DNA from: a virus
Reading direction: 5' to 3' (one strand)
DNA length: 64,000 bases
Virus record (IMG/VR): IMGVR_UViG_3300027987_000509
Shown: positions 1 to 8,957 of the stretch, piece by piece
Layout: each line of letters opens with the position of its first letter
Numbering within the stretch: the stretch's first letter is position 1
The notes under the pieces: generated by a model
Database searches by the model: none
What the model was told of the DNA's origin: nothing
What the model saw: the letters and a program-made list of their open reading frames with translations, nothing else
Translations under genes and position numbers: made by a program

Positions 1-134
1 TCGCTGCAATGGATTTGCTGGCCGTTGTCGTACTGCTTCAGCACCGTCCCGTCTTTATAGATGACATACCATTCCAGCTTCGGGTCGTAGTCCCGGTTCG
101 TTGCGACTGTTGGTGCTGGTGCTTGTTTTGCCAT
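1..134 (-). CDS. Hypothetical protein, partial (runs off the window start)
   Basis: Minus-strand ATG at 134 reads MAKQAPAPTVATNRDYDPKLEWYVIYKDGTVLKQYDNGQQIHC, open to the edge; not in ORF track. Confidence 0.5.
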   Translation of the reverse strand, partial: MAKQAPAPTVATNRDYDPKLEWYVIYKDGTVLKQYDNGQQIHCS

Positions 135-360
135 AACGGTATCTACTGTGTGATTCCTCGTGGTAGTTGGAGTCAGAGCACTGTGGAGAACGTGTTGATC
201 TGGGATGTCAAGGCAAGCAGCTCCTTATCGAGTTATGGCAGTTACGAACTGTCCTCTTACCGACATTGCTCCGCCAGTGAGTGTTACGTCATCTACTTAT
301 TGCAGTCCGCACTCACGATTCTGGCTTAGCTTACATGGCTTGGAAGATCCAGCCGCACCA

Positions 361-567
361 TTGCTCCTCCTTGAATTTGTGGAGACGGTCGAACTATCGA
401 ATTATGATTCCTACGGCAGAATGCAAGATTGGAGAGTCGAATTCGAGTATGACGGGGGGCGTTACATTGGGACCCATTGTACCAATTTGAACAAAGCGAA
501 GATGATTGCTACTCGTCTGGGTATTCCAGCAATCACATCTTTTGTATTTGATATCTCGTCTTTCTGA
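361..567 (+). CDS. Small hypothetical protein (start uncertain)
   Basis: 3' part of ORF 205..567; TTG at 361 gives MLLLEFVETVEL... Confidence 0.3.
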   Translation: MLLLEFVETVELSNYDSYGRMQDWRVEFEYDGGRYIGTHCTNLNKAKMIATRLGIPAITSFVFDISSF

Positions 568-568
568 C

Positions 569-576
569 CAAAGATA
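569..576 (+). promoter_or_regulatory. Late-promoter-like motif CAAAGATA, 4 nt before ATG
   Basis: Recurrent N-A-W-A-N-A-T-A motif resembling T4 late TATAAATA; no Shine-Dalgarno present. Confidence 0.5.
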
Positions 577-580
577 TCGT

Positions 581-1024
581 ATGAACTTTGAGCGTCACCT
601 AAATCTGGTCCTCGGTGGGTTATTCTCTCAGGATACACTCCTTGAGACTCTAGATCCGTACGGCGACACGGTGGACCTAGAAGATGATACGAAGGAAGAT
701 AATTATGTCAGCGGCTCCGAACAAGTTGAAGCTGCTGAGCTGATAAAGCAGCTTCGGGCCAGAAACGAACTAGATCAATCAGAAGATAATCAGCTTGGAC
801 TGTCACTGAAACGGTCTCAGGACGCGGCTGACCTTGCTACTGCCGCATACCGGAAGGTGAATGATCTCGAACTCAAAGTCGATCGCGGCTTTGGTGGTTT
901 ACAAAAGTCGCTTATTAAACTCTCCAAGGGTGAACCCCTGGAAGAGCCAGACCCTCCTGGCTCGTCGATCTTTGATGAAGACGAGGAACTTAGCGAATTT
1001 GGGTTCATGTTCGACGATGAATAA
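581..1024 (+). CDS. Acidic hypothetical protein, possible internal head protein
   Basis: ATG 581 within ORF 506..1024; acidic, coiled-coil-like, LLE motif near N-terminus. Confidence 0.65.
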   Translation: MNFERHLNLVLGGLFSQDTLLETLDPYGDTVDLEDDTKEDNYVSGSEQVEAAELIKQLRARNELDQSEDNQLGLSLKRSQDAADLATAAYRKVNDLELKVDRGFGGLQKSLIKLSKGEPLEEPDPPGSSIFDEDEELSEFGFMFDDE

Positions 1025-1057
1025 TCTTCTGAGTATTTAATACCAGGAGGATCATCA

Positions 1058-1531
1058 ATGCCATCGACCCAAGACGCGTATCTTCATGTCATCACTGGCG
1101 GCTTCGATGAAAAGAAGAGAAAGGCCGTCAGGAAAATGTTCCAGGGCGAAGCCACGGAAGAGCAGCAAGAAGACAAACCAGACCCTAGCAACTACGATCT
1201 GATCGTGGGGGCTCTTGAAGAAATCCACGCGGTGGGAATCAAACAATTCACCATCGCTCAGGTTGTTCAGATTCTGTCGATCTTTGAAGTCTTGAATTTC
1301 CTGACTGGAAATGTCGATGAGTACATCGAGCGTGCTCTCGCTATTCTGGGCTGCGGACGGCACGGTGACATATTCACGATCCCAGATCAGAATAAACTGG
1401 AAGCCATTCGTCGGCAACACTGCCCCGATAACAAACGGAATGAGCGACTAAAATCGCTCGGGCATCAAATACCAGTCGCAGTTGAGGGATCTGAAGAATG
1501 GCGATCTCTTCGGGACCGTGACTTGAAGTAG
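1058..1531 (+). CDS. Hypothetical protein
   Basis: 157-aa ORF with AGGAGG RBS. Confidence 0.75.
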   Translation: MPSTQDAYLHVITGGFDEKKRKAVRKMFQGEATEEQQEDKPDPSNYDLIVGALEEIHAVGIKQFTIAQVVQILSIFEVLNFLTGNVDEYIERALAILGCGRHGDIFTIPDQNKLEAIRRQHCPDNKRNERLKSLGHQIPVAVEGSEEWRSLRDRDLK

Positions 1532-1537
1532 GCAAAA

Positions 1538-1855
1538 ATGCGTAGTGTCGTCTTTGGGAACCTGATTGTCTGCAAGCACGTCTTCGACAATTATCCATCA
1601 AGGTTCCCGCACCAATCCCGCGATCTTGACTTCGATAATCGAGAAGACAGAATCGAAATCGCTCGGTTCATCAAATCGGTTATCGATTGCTCCGTTAAAG
1701 TAGAGAAGCCAGATGGACAGACAATATTCGTCTATATGCCACAGGACGCTCCTCCGGTGGCTTTTCCTGCCGACATCGGCCCCACGCGGACTAAGATTGT
1801 GACGAGCTACCCAGCCGGGCCTTCTTTGGTAAATAAAGCAAAGCTACTTCAGTGA
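1538..1855 (+). CDS. Hypothetical protein
   Basis: 105-aa ORF in tight + strand run. Confidence 0.65.
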   Translation: MRSVVFGNLIVCKHVFDNYPSRFPHQSRDLDFDNREDRIEIARFIKSVIDCSVKVEKPDGQTIFVYMPQDAPPVAFPADIGPTRTKIVTSYPAGPSLVNKAKLLQ

Positions 1856-2040
1856 CAGTGCCAATGTCCACCGAACAAGATCACAAGCAACAAGATCACA
1901 AGCAAAAAGATCAATGCCAAGGTCGTCGCAAGGTTGAGGAAAGCGTCTACGTTCAAGAATCAAGGATCACCACGAGGGAGCCTGCGAAGTCCAACTTCGA
2001 TGCCAAACTCGACGATGCCCTGAACAAGGTCAACGGCTAA
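1852..2040 (+). CDS. Small hypothetical protein with QDHKQ tandem repeat
   Basis: GTGA overlap with upstream stop; 15-bp tandem repeat 1876-1905. Confidence 0.5.
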   Translation: MTVPMSTEQDHKQQDHKQKDQCQGRRKVEESVYVQESRITTREPAKSNFDAKLDDALNKVNG

Positions 2041-2080
2041 AAGCCAATCTCCAACCAGACCAGAGCCGCATGGAATTCCT

Positions 2081-2797
2081 ATGCGGCTCTTGTCGTATTT
2101 GACCAATATGGACACGAACAACGCGAAAAAGGTACTCGTCGGCTATTGGCCGCTTCTTGATTTCACCAAGGTGATGTCGAAACCGGGTGATGTCAAAGAG
2201 GGTGCTGATGTTGTCACGTCTCTTTCTAAAATGCTTTCCGAAATCGAGATTCCTCCCGTCGCTGGTATCATGTGGGCACACTATCCATTCGATGCCGAGA
2301 CAGTAGAAGAAACTGTCACGATCCCAGTTATTCTGATGGATAGGGCGGCTGAGATTGCAGATCATCTGCTCATGTGGATGGAGAACGATGTGAGTCGTTT
2401 CACTCTTCACTTCGAACAGCGTGATATTGGGTATGCTGTCTTACTATTGCCGGATGTCTTGAAGTCGATCGAACGATGGAAGGCCGCTCGTCTAATCTAC
2501 CATGAAGAGGTCGTAACCGACAACGACTTCTCTGTAATCTACCAGACCCTTGGTACGTGTTGTCTTGGTGGTAAGACTTTCGAACAAATCAAAGGGTCGG
2601 TTCAGAGTCCGTGTCATGTCGGGTTTCTTGATCTCGACAAGATGGACCCGAAAAGTCCTGAGGACATCAACCCTGAAGACATCGTCGTTGTCGGTCCGTT
2701 CCGGATTGTGACAGATCCGGATGACAGGGCACGGATGCATCTTGATAATCTGTTCTCAACGGTTGAACCGGTAAAGTCGAAGCTCAATGAATCGTGA
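2081..2797 (+). CDS. Hypothetical protein
   Basis: 238-aa ORF. Confidence 0.7.
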   Translation: MRLLSYLTNMDTNNAKKVLVGYWPLLDFTKVMSKPGDVKEGADVVTSLSKMLSEIEIPPVAGIMWAHYPFDAETVEETVTIPVILMDRAAEIADHLLMWMENDVSRFTLHFEQRDIGYAVLLLPDVLKSIERWKAARLIYHEEVVTDNDFSVIYQTLGTCCLGGKTFEQIKGSVQSPCHVGFLDLDKMDPKSPEDINPEDIVVVGPFRIVTDPDDRARMHLDNLFSTVEPVKSKLNES

Positions 2798-3239
2798 ACG
2801 ATCAACGGAGTTGTTGCGTAAACTGATGTCCGTGAGTAGTGTCGGGCATCGTAATTCGGGTCATCGTTTCTTGGTGAACCCCTTTCTCACTCTCGTTCAC
2901 CGCGAGTGCATGACCTTCACGTGGGAAGAGGCACAAAATTGGGAGACGAAGGGTCTCTTCATTGGGCAGGACGACACAGATGAAGCTGCTACACCGTACG
3001 TGATCGTTGTTTACGAGATGAGATGCGGTACTCTCCCATTCGTCATTTTGCCAAAGAAAAAATGGGGGACGTGGGAGCCAAATCTTGATCCCCTCAAAAT
3101 TGACTTTGGTCCGGGCGGCGAGTTCGGTTGGTGGCTCAAGTTTGATCGCTGGCACCTTGGACCTCACATTGAATCGTATGTGGAGAAGGTCGGTGCGGGT
3201 CAAAAAGTTCACCATTTTGCAAGGCGTCCTGTTTCTTAG
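2787..3239 (+). CDS. Hypothetical protein
   Basis: 150-aa ORF overlapping upstream stop. Confidence 0.65.
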   Translation: MNRERSTELLRKLMSVSSVGHRNSGHRFLVNPFLTLVHRECMTFTWEEAQNWETKGLFIGQDDTDEAATPYVIVVYEMRCGTLPFVILPKKKWGTWEPNLDPLKIDFGPGGEFGWWLKFDRWHLGPHIESYVEKVGAGQKVHHFARRPVS

Positions 3240-3765
3240 TATCCTGCTTATTGCGGGATGCCCTTCTAAGCAAGCGACACCGCCTGTCACGTCGCCGTCG
3301 ATCTCAGACAATACATCTGTGGTCGATGAAGATGTGGCATCGGCACAGTCTTCTACGAAGTCATACGGCGACATCACAATAGACAGGTTGGTATCGATCT
3401 ACGATGGCGATACGTTCCATGTCGATATTGCAGGTTGGCCGGACATCGTCGGGAAGAATGTCTCTATCAGGGTCAATGGAATTGATACTCCTGAGCGTAG
3501 GGACAAGCGAGAAAATATCAAGAGACTGGCCCAAGCTGCGAAAGAGCTGGTCGTTACCAGGTTGCGTGCTGCGGAATCTATTGAATTGCGGAACATGCAG
3601 CGTGGTAAATATTTTCGCATTGTCGCTGATGTCTACGTTGACGGTGAAAGCTTGGCTGACATTCTGATCGAACAGGGCCTTGCTAAGCCGTACGACGGTG
3701 GCACCAAGATAGAATGGTCCGAAGCTGATTCAGAAAGGTACTTCAATGGCCGCAACACAGACTAA
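3178..3765 (+). CDS. Thermonuclease (staphylococcal nuclease-like) family protein, predicted lipoprotein
   Basis: Catalytic motifs YDGDTF, RVNGIDTPE, GKYFRIVA; hydrophobic N-segment ending in lipobox LIAGC. Confidence 0.88.
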   Translation: MWRRSVRVKKFTILQGVLFLSILLIAGCPSKQATPPVTSPSISDNTSVVDEDVASAQSSTKSYGDITIDRLVSIYDGDTFHVDIAGWPDIVGKNVSIRVNGIDTPERRDKRENIKRLAQAAKELVVTRLRAAESIELRNMQRGKYFRIVADVYVDGESLADILIEQGLAKPYDGGTKIEWSEADSERYFNGRNTD

Positions 3766-4150
3766 TGCCCGAGCGACGCTGATTTCTCAAAGTCTTGAAG
3801 GCCGCGAACAGATGATGGGCCTCGACTTCGGCAGCATCATCACGATCATCACGCAGTTGTTGCCGATGATCATCGCGTGCTTCAATCCCGACGACGGCCC
3901 ACAGGCCCAAGCATACGTCTCCAAGCGGTACAATCCCGCGAACGCCGACGACCAGTATCGTGGTTACGACAAACGGCTCGTTAAGGCGATGGCACGTCAG
4001 GCCAAAAACGCCGGGCGAAGGGAAAAGCAGCACGTCACCTGGACGCAGGCGTACGAGATGGCCTTCGCGGCACTTGACGACATTCGCACTGGTGATGCTC
4101 ATCAGGCAAGCGTGGCGATCGCTGAGAACCACGACTTCCTGTTGATCTGA
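3746..4150 (+). CDS. Hypothetical protein with one hydrophobic segment
   Basis: 134-aa ORF; FGSIITIITQLLPMIIACF segment. Confidence 0.7.
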   Translation: MAATQTNARATLISQSLEGREQMMGLDFGSIITIITQLLPMIIACFNPDDGPQAQAYVSKRYNPANADDQYRGYDKRLVKAMARQAKNAGRREKQHVTWTQAYEMAFAALDDIRTGDAHQASVAIAENHDFLLI

Positions 4151-4249
4151 TCCAGTAATTGTGTTTTGAATGCGTTCTGACGCGGTTCAAACGTATTTAA
4201 GACAGCGGAAGGACCTGAATTCGGTTTGGGATAGCCGAGTTGCACATGT

Positions 4250-4294
4250 TGAGCCGCCCCTAGGAAATCCGGTCCTGGGGGCGGCTCATTTTGT
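4250..4294 (+). terminator. Intrinsic terminator-like hairpin
   Basis: 16-bp stem TGAGCCGCCCCTAGGA/TCCTGGGGGCGGCTCA (one G-U), followed by TTTTGT. Confidence 0.65.
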
Positions 4295-4303
4295 ATCTGG
4301 ACA

Positions 4304-4879
4304 ATGTATAGCGAAGATGAGCTAAGAAACCAGAGAAACGACAGAACTTTCCGTGACCAAGTGATGACGGACGGTAGTCTTGGGTATATCGCCATCCCAA
4401 AGAACGCGTCATCAAGTCTTTTGCGAGCTTTCTCTCGCGATCTCGGCTGGCAATGGTCCGAGAGTCCAGGAGAAGTAAAATTCTTCGGAATAATCAGAGA
4501 TCCTGTCGAGCGATGGATATCAGGTTTCGCACAATCATTCCATCGTAATCATGGCAAAGCTCTCAAAGAAGCCTATAAGGATATCGGACCATTTGTCGAA
4601 GATCCCTGGTATGATCTCCACCAAGCTCCACAAGTATTATTCCTTGAGAAATGGCAATCACCAACTCTGTTCAAATTCGAGCATCTCAATCTGTTGATTG
4701 ACTGGCTGGTAGAACACGAAGTTACGATGCCGGAACTACTCAGGAAGAACACCCGTGCCCAAAATCCAGAGAAGTTGGCGTTGCACAATTATCTGAACAC
4801 CGCTTTGACGGATGAGCACAGGCGAAAACTTCGCTGCTACTATGCAGCCGATGTTGTTCTCTATAATGGAGCGATCTGA
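4304..4879 (+). CDS. Sulfotransferase family 2-like protein
   Basis: PAPS-binding motifs YIAIPKNASSSL and IIRDPVERWISG; HxxPQ. Confidence 0.85.
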   Translation: MYSEDELRNQRNDRTFRDQVMTDGSLGYIAIPKNASSSLLRAFSRDLGWQWSESPGEVKFFGIIRDPVERWISGFAQSFHRNHGKALKEAYKDIGPFVEDPWYDLHQAPQVLFLEKWQSPTLFKFEHLNLLIDWLVEHEVTMPELLRKNTRAQNPEKLALHNYLNTALTDEHRRKLRCYYAADVVLYNGAI

Positions 4880-5229
4880 TGTACGTTGCGATCTCGAGCG
4901 ATGGGCAAATGAGCGGTGCTGAAATGCTCAAAGAGCTTCAAGAAGCTCGTATTTGTCCGGTCATGACGTACGTGGAGAACGAAGAACGAATAGTGCCTTT
5001 GTTCGTTTCTGCTGATACGGCACAGAAATTTGCGAAGAGAAACACAAGCCGTGGCGACACTATTGGCACAATGTTCGTCAGAGAGGAAGACAAGCAACAG
5101 CTAATCGATCGCGGGTTGAAAATCGAAGTGCTAAGCTTCCCGAAGAAACGTGACATCGTGGTAGAGGTCATTCACTTGGCTCGAGAGGTCCAGACGCACA
5201 ATAGAGGGTTGCGTAAGGATATCAAGTGA
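4879..5229 (+). CDS. Hypothetical protein (weak SseB-N-like pattern)
   Basis: 116-aa ORF coupled to upstream stop; IVPLFVSADTAQKFA pattern. Confidence 0.6.
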   Translation: MYVAISSDGQMSGAEMLKELQEARICPVMTYVENEERIVPLFVSADTAQKFAKRNTSRGDTIGTMFVREEDKQQLIDRGLKIEVLSFPKKRDIVVEVIHLAREVQTHNRGLRKDIK

Positions 5230-5253
5230 AACGTGCTGTGTATTTGACACGGC

Positions 5254-5889
5254 ATGAAAATGTTTCTTCAAGCCGCTGACCACAACCAGTTCTTGGTTGA
5301 GTGCGTCGCCAAAAAGCCAGATCGGGTTTTCATCTCGACATTCGGGATGTACCTTGGCATCACCTACGACGGCCGCGACACAACACAATGGGGGCCGGAA
5401 TACGCTCTTGCGACCCGTGATCTTGCTGAGAAAATGCGATCGCTGTCCGATGTCAACATACTCGTCGGCATAGCGAACTATCGCAGCTGTAAGAACAAAA
5501 TCACGTGCATGGACTGTGAGAAGCAGTACGTTCGCACGCTGTTACGGCACGTCAACCACGCTGAGATGTTCCCCGAGTTCAATTGGCGAATGACAACGGA
5601 GTTGCATCTTAAGTCATTCCTGTTTTATTACGGGGAAGAGAAGACTGGCGTCACCGGCGGTAGGAACTTTACAGATTCAGATTGGACTGACGTCTCGATT
5701 GTTGTTGGTCCCGAACAAATCGCCAAAATCGAGGAACTAGCCGAGCCCGTTTGGTCGGAAGCATACGACATAACGGATACGAATGCTGGTAAGATCTTCG
5801 AAGAGCAGGAGATATCGAAACGAGGTTTCGAGTCGGTCCTTCAAGGGATCGATGAACTCGACAAAAAGAACGACGACGTACCATTCTAA
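5254..5889 (+). CDS. Phospholipase D-like (HKD-type) nuclease domain protein
   Basis: LHLKSFLF...GVTGGRNFT matches HxK...G(G/S)xN, Asp not conserved; C-terminus DDVPF. Confidence 0.6.
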   Translation: MKMFLQAADHNQFLVECVAKKPDRVFISTFGMYLGITYDGRDTTQWGPEYALATRDLAEKMRSLSDVNILVGIANYRSCKNKITCMDCEKQYVRTLLRHVNHAEMFPEFNWRMTTELHLKSFLFYYGEEKTGVTGGRNFTDSDWTDVSIVVGPEQIAKIEELAEPVWSEAYDITDTNAGKIFEEQEISKRGFESVLQGIDELDKKNDDVPF

Positions 5890-5899
5890 AGGAGCAGTC

Positions 5900-6829
5900 A
5901 TGAATCCCTGGATCATCGTGATAGCAATTGTGGCCCTCATTGCCTTTCTAATTGTTTTGGCACTTTGTAAGGCCGCCGGACAGGCCGATCAGAAGATGGG
6001 AGAGATGCGACGAGTTGAAGATCGGTGGCAAAAAGAGATTCCAGAGGACGACTTCGGCGATCAATCGGTAATAGCTTCATCACTTCACAAGGACGAGAGC
6101 AGCATGCCAGAAACAATTGGAACCCCACTCTTTGAGGACACAGGCGGCAAAGGCCGCAAACCGTGTTCGAAACTCAGCAACTCACAATCCGTTTGGGTCC
6201 TTGGTCCACTTGGGCCGATCCAAATGTTCGTGACGAGCGTTGGAGACGACGAAGCGACCCTTCGGAACGAAGAATTCGAGGCGAAAGCGATTCGCAAGCC
6301 AAATTACTTCTCGCAGTCGGTTGCAAACAAGCTCGGCATCGAGAAGCAGGCATGGTGCCTTGACGACATCCGCCGCCGAAGCGAGACAAATTGGTACCGT
6401 CGTAATGGTGGGTCTTCGATGCGTTACAACAGACATGCTGGTGGTGCCAACACAACGTGGCTGCGAGAATATTCGCTGTTGGGCGAGTTCTTCGACATCA
6501 CCATCGAATTCTTCTTACTGCTCGCCGAGGATATGTTCCACGAATTTGACCATTACCAGGACAACTTCCCGCTCGAAGAGCAGGTGGAAGCCGACGCGTC
6601 CCAAGTGATGGAGATGAGCGAGCAGATCGATGTTGCTGCCGCAGAAGCGGCGGACGACTATCAGGCACCAGGGCCGCCGTCCAATATGGATTCCGGCATT
6701 GATCTGGAATCTGAGGACTCTCGACGGTATTCCGAACCGGTTGAAGCTCCTCATTATGATCCACCCGCTGACACCGGAGGTTATGACAGTGGGGATAGTG
6801 GGGGCGGGGACAGCGGCAGTTTCGACTGA
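5900..6829 (+). CDS. Membrane-anchored hypothetical protein with acidic/Gly C-terminal tail
   Basis: AAGGAG RBS; N-terminal TM helix WIIVIAIVALIAFLIVLALC; tail DTGGYDSGDSGGGDSGSFD. Confidence 0.75.
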   Translation: MNPWIIVIAIVALIAFLIVLALCKAAGQADQKMGEMRRVEDRWQKEIPEDDFGDQSVIASSLHKDESSMPETIGTPLFEDTGGKGRKPCSKLSNSQSVWVLGPLGPIQMFVTSVGDDEATLRNEEFEAKAIRKPNYFSQSVANKLGIEKQAWCLDDIRRRSETNWYRRNGGSSMRYNRHAGGANTTWLREYSLLGEFFDITIEFFLLLAEDMFHEFDHYQDNFPLEEQVEADASQVMEMSEQIDVAAAEAADDYQAPGPPSNMDSGIDLESEDSRRYSEPVEAPHYDPPADTGGYDSGDSGGGDSGSFD

Positions 6830-6872
6830 TGCTTTCTTTTGCTTTCTCTTGACCTGCTGCCACGGACGGCCC

Positions 6873-6934
6873 GAGGCCCGCAGAAGCTATCCGAAGGCCG
6901 CTTTCGGCCACAGGAAACGGCTTCTGCGGGCCTT
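6873..6934. other. Long intergenic stem-loop (candidate structured RNA or cis element)
   Basis: 14-bp perfect inverted repeat 6874-6887/6920-6933 enclosing a GGCCG-CTTT-CGGCC hairpin. Confidence 0.55.
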
Positions 6935-6954
6935 CTGGCTATTAGGGGCCTTGT

Positions 6955-7341
6955 ATGTTGAAGCCTTCACAGCCTCCTGGGCATGTTGATATTGTGGAAT
7001 GTGGAATTTGCGGCGTAGAATTCGATTTCATCAGTGACACTGGGCATGGCATCCCGATCTCAACGGAGACAGCACTTATTGTCCCCAATTCGTATATTGG
7101 GGAGTGGGGTAGTGTCGAATGCTGTAAGAAGTGTTTCGACAAGCATAACTTGTGGTCAGTCCACTTCATGTATTTCGAGTACATGTTGAGAGATGGACGG
7201 CTTGAGCTGACGCCGGAAGAGCTTGTAAATTATGGGCATGAAAATGCCGCGAACCGTCAAACAATGGAAATCTCCCCTAGCGGCACTGTTGAGGCCGCAA
7301 CACCTAGCCGAGATCATCGGCCAGAGTCATCTGCTGGGTGA
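6955..7341 (+). CDS. Possible small zinc-binding protein
   Basis: CGIC...CCKKC; 3' end overlaps RarA start, boundaries uncertain. Confidence 0.4.
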   Translation: MLKPSQPPGHVDIVECGICGVEFDFISDTGHGIPISTETALIVPNSYIGEWGSVECCKKCFDKHNLWSVHFMYFEYMLRDGRLELTPEELVNYGHENAANRQTMEISPSGTVEAATPSRDHRPESSAG

Positions 7342-8623
7342 TGGGAAGCTTCTCCAGCGAATGTCGGCGAAACGGGAATATCAGAGCACGATCTTTTGGG
7401 GACCTCCTGGTACCGGAAAGACTTCGTTGGTTCGATCGTTGGCGAACGACACGGACTCGAACTTTCGCCCGCTGAATGCTACGAAAGCGACTGTGAGTGA
7501 TCTAAGGAAGATCATTACAGCTGCAGAGAAAGCAGAAAATCGCACATTTGTGTTCGTCGATGAGATCCACCGCTGGAACAAATCGCAACAAGACGTCATG
7601 TTGCCGGTGGTCGAGGATGGCACGATCATCTTGTTCGGTGCCACGACGGAGAAGCCGAAGTTCGCCGTTAATTCGACGTTGCTTTCGAGATGCCTTGTGA
7701 TGGAGGTAAAACCTCTGTCGTACGAGGAGTTGCTCGCTCTTGTGGTCAAGGTCAAGAACCATTATAAGGAACAAGGCAGAAAAGTCTCGATCGACAAAGA
7801 TGCTGCTATGTTGCTTATTTCTAGGTGCAGCGGAGACGCCAGAAAGGTCATCACGGCTCTAGAAACCTGCGTCGAAGTCCTTATCGATGACGATCACATC
7901 GCCAAAGAGCATATCGAAGTAGCGATTCCAGAAAAGCACATCGTCTTCGACGCCAGAGGAAACGACCATTTCGATCTTGCTCATTGCTATCAAGAGGCCA
8001 TCCAGAATTCGGACGTCGATGCTGCCATATATTGGCTGGCGAAGTGGGTGGCATCAGGCGAAGATCCTGCCTACATCTGCCGAAGAATGCTTATCACAGC
8101 GTTCGAAGATTGCTCTGGCAATCCGTTTGCAGGTCCGGTGGCGATGGCTGCTTGTTACACCACTGAGAGAACCGGTATGCCCGAATGCCTGATTCCGATG
8201 GCTCAGGCTACTGTTGAATTGGCAATGAGTCGTCGGAACAAGGCTGCGTATTTCGCGATCAAGCGGGCGATGGATGATGTGAACAACAACGAGACGGTCC
8301 ACGTTCCACCAGGGTTGAGAGCCGGTTCGAAGGGCTACGTCGCGGCGATATCGAAGACGTACCTAAAAGGCTGGTGCCGGGACTGGGAGAGTATTAGTAG
8401 ACCGGAATCAGATCGAGAACAAACTTTGTATGGCATCGGGATTGAGCATTCACCCGGTGAGTTTGGTATGACTCATGGTCCGTCGCCAGACCTTGAGGCA
8501 TTGTTGCAGATCCAAGGCGAAGAAGGTCATTGCGTCATTCAGTTTAGAGGTGGTTCGGAGGATTACAAAAGCGATGTCGTGCGTAGATGGCAAAATGACG
8601 GGTGGGAAGTCGTAGACGACTGA
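7232..8623 (+). CDS. rarA: Replication-associated recombination protein A (RarA/MgsA AAA+ ATPase)
   Basis: PLAALLRP..IIGQSHL, Walker A GPPGTGKT, Walker B FVDEIHRWNKSQQD, GATTE, SRC, GEDPAYICRR. Confidence 0.92.
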   Translation: MGMKMPRTVKQWKSPLAALLRPQHLAEIIGQSHLLGDGKLLQRMSAKREYQSTIFWGPPGTGKTSLVRSLANDTDSNFRPLNATKATVSDLRKIITAAEKAENRTFVFVDEIHRWNKSQQDVMLPVVEDGTIILFGATTEKPKFAVNSTLLSRCLVMEVKPLSYEELLALVVKVKNHYKEQGRKVSIDKDAAMLLISRCSGDARKVITALETCVEVLIDDDHIAKEHIEVAIPEKHIVFDARGNDHFDLAHCYQEAIQNSDVDAAIYWLAKWVASGEDPAYICRRMLITAFEDCSGNPFAGPVAMAACYTTERTGMPECLIPMAQATVELAMSRRNKAAYFAIKRAMDDVNNNETVHVPPGLRAGSKGYVAAISKTYLKGWCRDWESISRPESDREQTLYGIGIEHSPGEFGMTHGPSPDLEALLQIQGEEGHCVIQFRGGSEDYKSDVVRRWQNDGWEVVDD

Positions 8624-8756
8624 AGCTCGTTTGAGTCATCTACACCCTTGGGCACAGGTCTGGATGCATTCCTAGCAAATATTCTGTGAAGGATGTCAAC
8701 CACGGCCAGTCACCGCAGGACTGGTTACAAAATAAAAATCCAGTCTGGCGGACACA

Positions 8757-8957
8757 ATGGAAGAGGCCCAGAACGACAAAACGCCAAGGAAGTCCTCAAA
8801 GCTACCAGCTTTCGACGTCGATGATCGTATTTATTTGCGTATCGAGCGTGAGCTGGCGGTACAGCTTGGTGAATTGGTCCTGCAGACCGACACGAAGAAC
8901 ACCGCCTTGCTAGCAATTGGTCACCAACTGAGGAACCTGGCCCGTGAGCAATCCTGA
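8757..8957 (+). CDS. Small hypothetical protein
   Basis: 66-aa ORF. Confidence 0.6.
   Translation: MEEAQNDKTPRKSSKLPAFDVDDRIYLRIERELAVQLGELVLQTDTKNTALLAIGHQLRNLAREQS

Noticed and set aside
1876-1914. 15-bp tandem repeat (QDHKQ) and 9-bp repeat at 41411-41437 as regulatory repeats
   Set aside because: Short in-frame low-complexity expansions without further structure.
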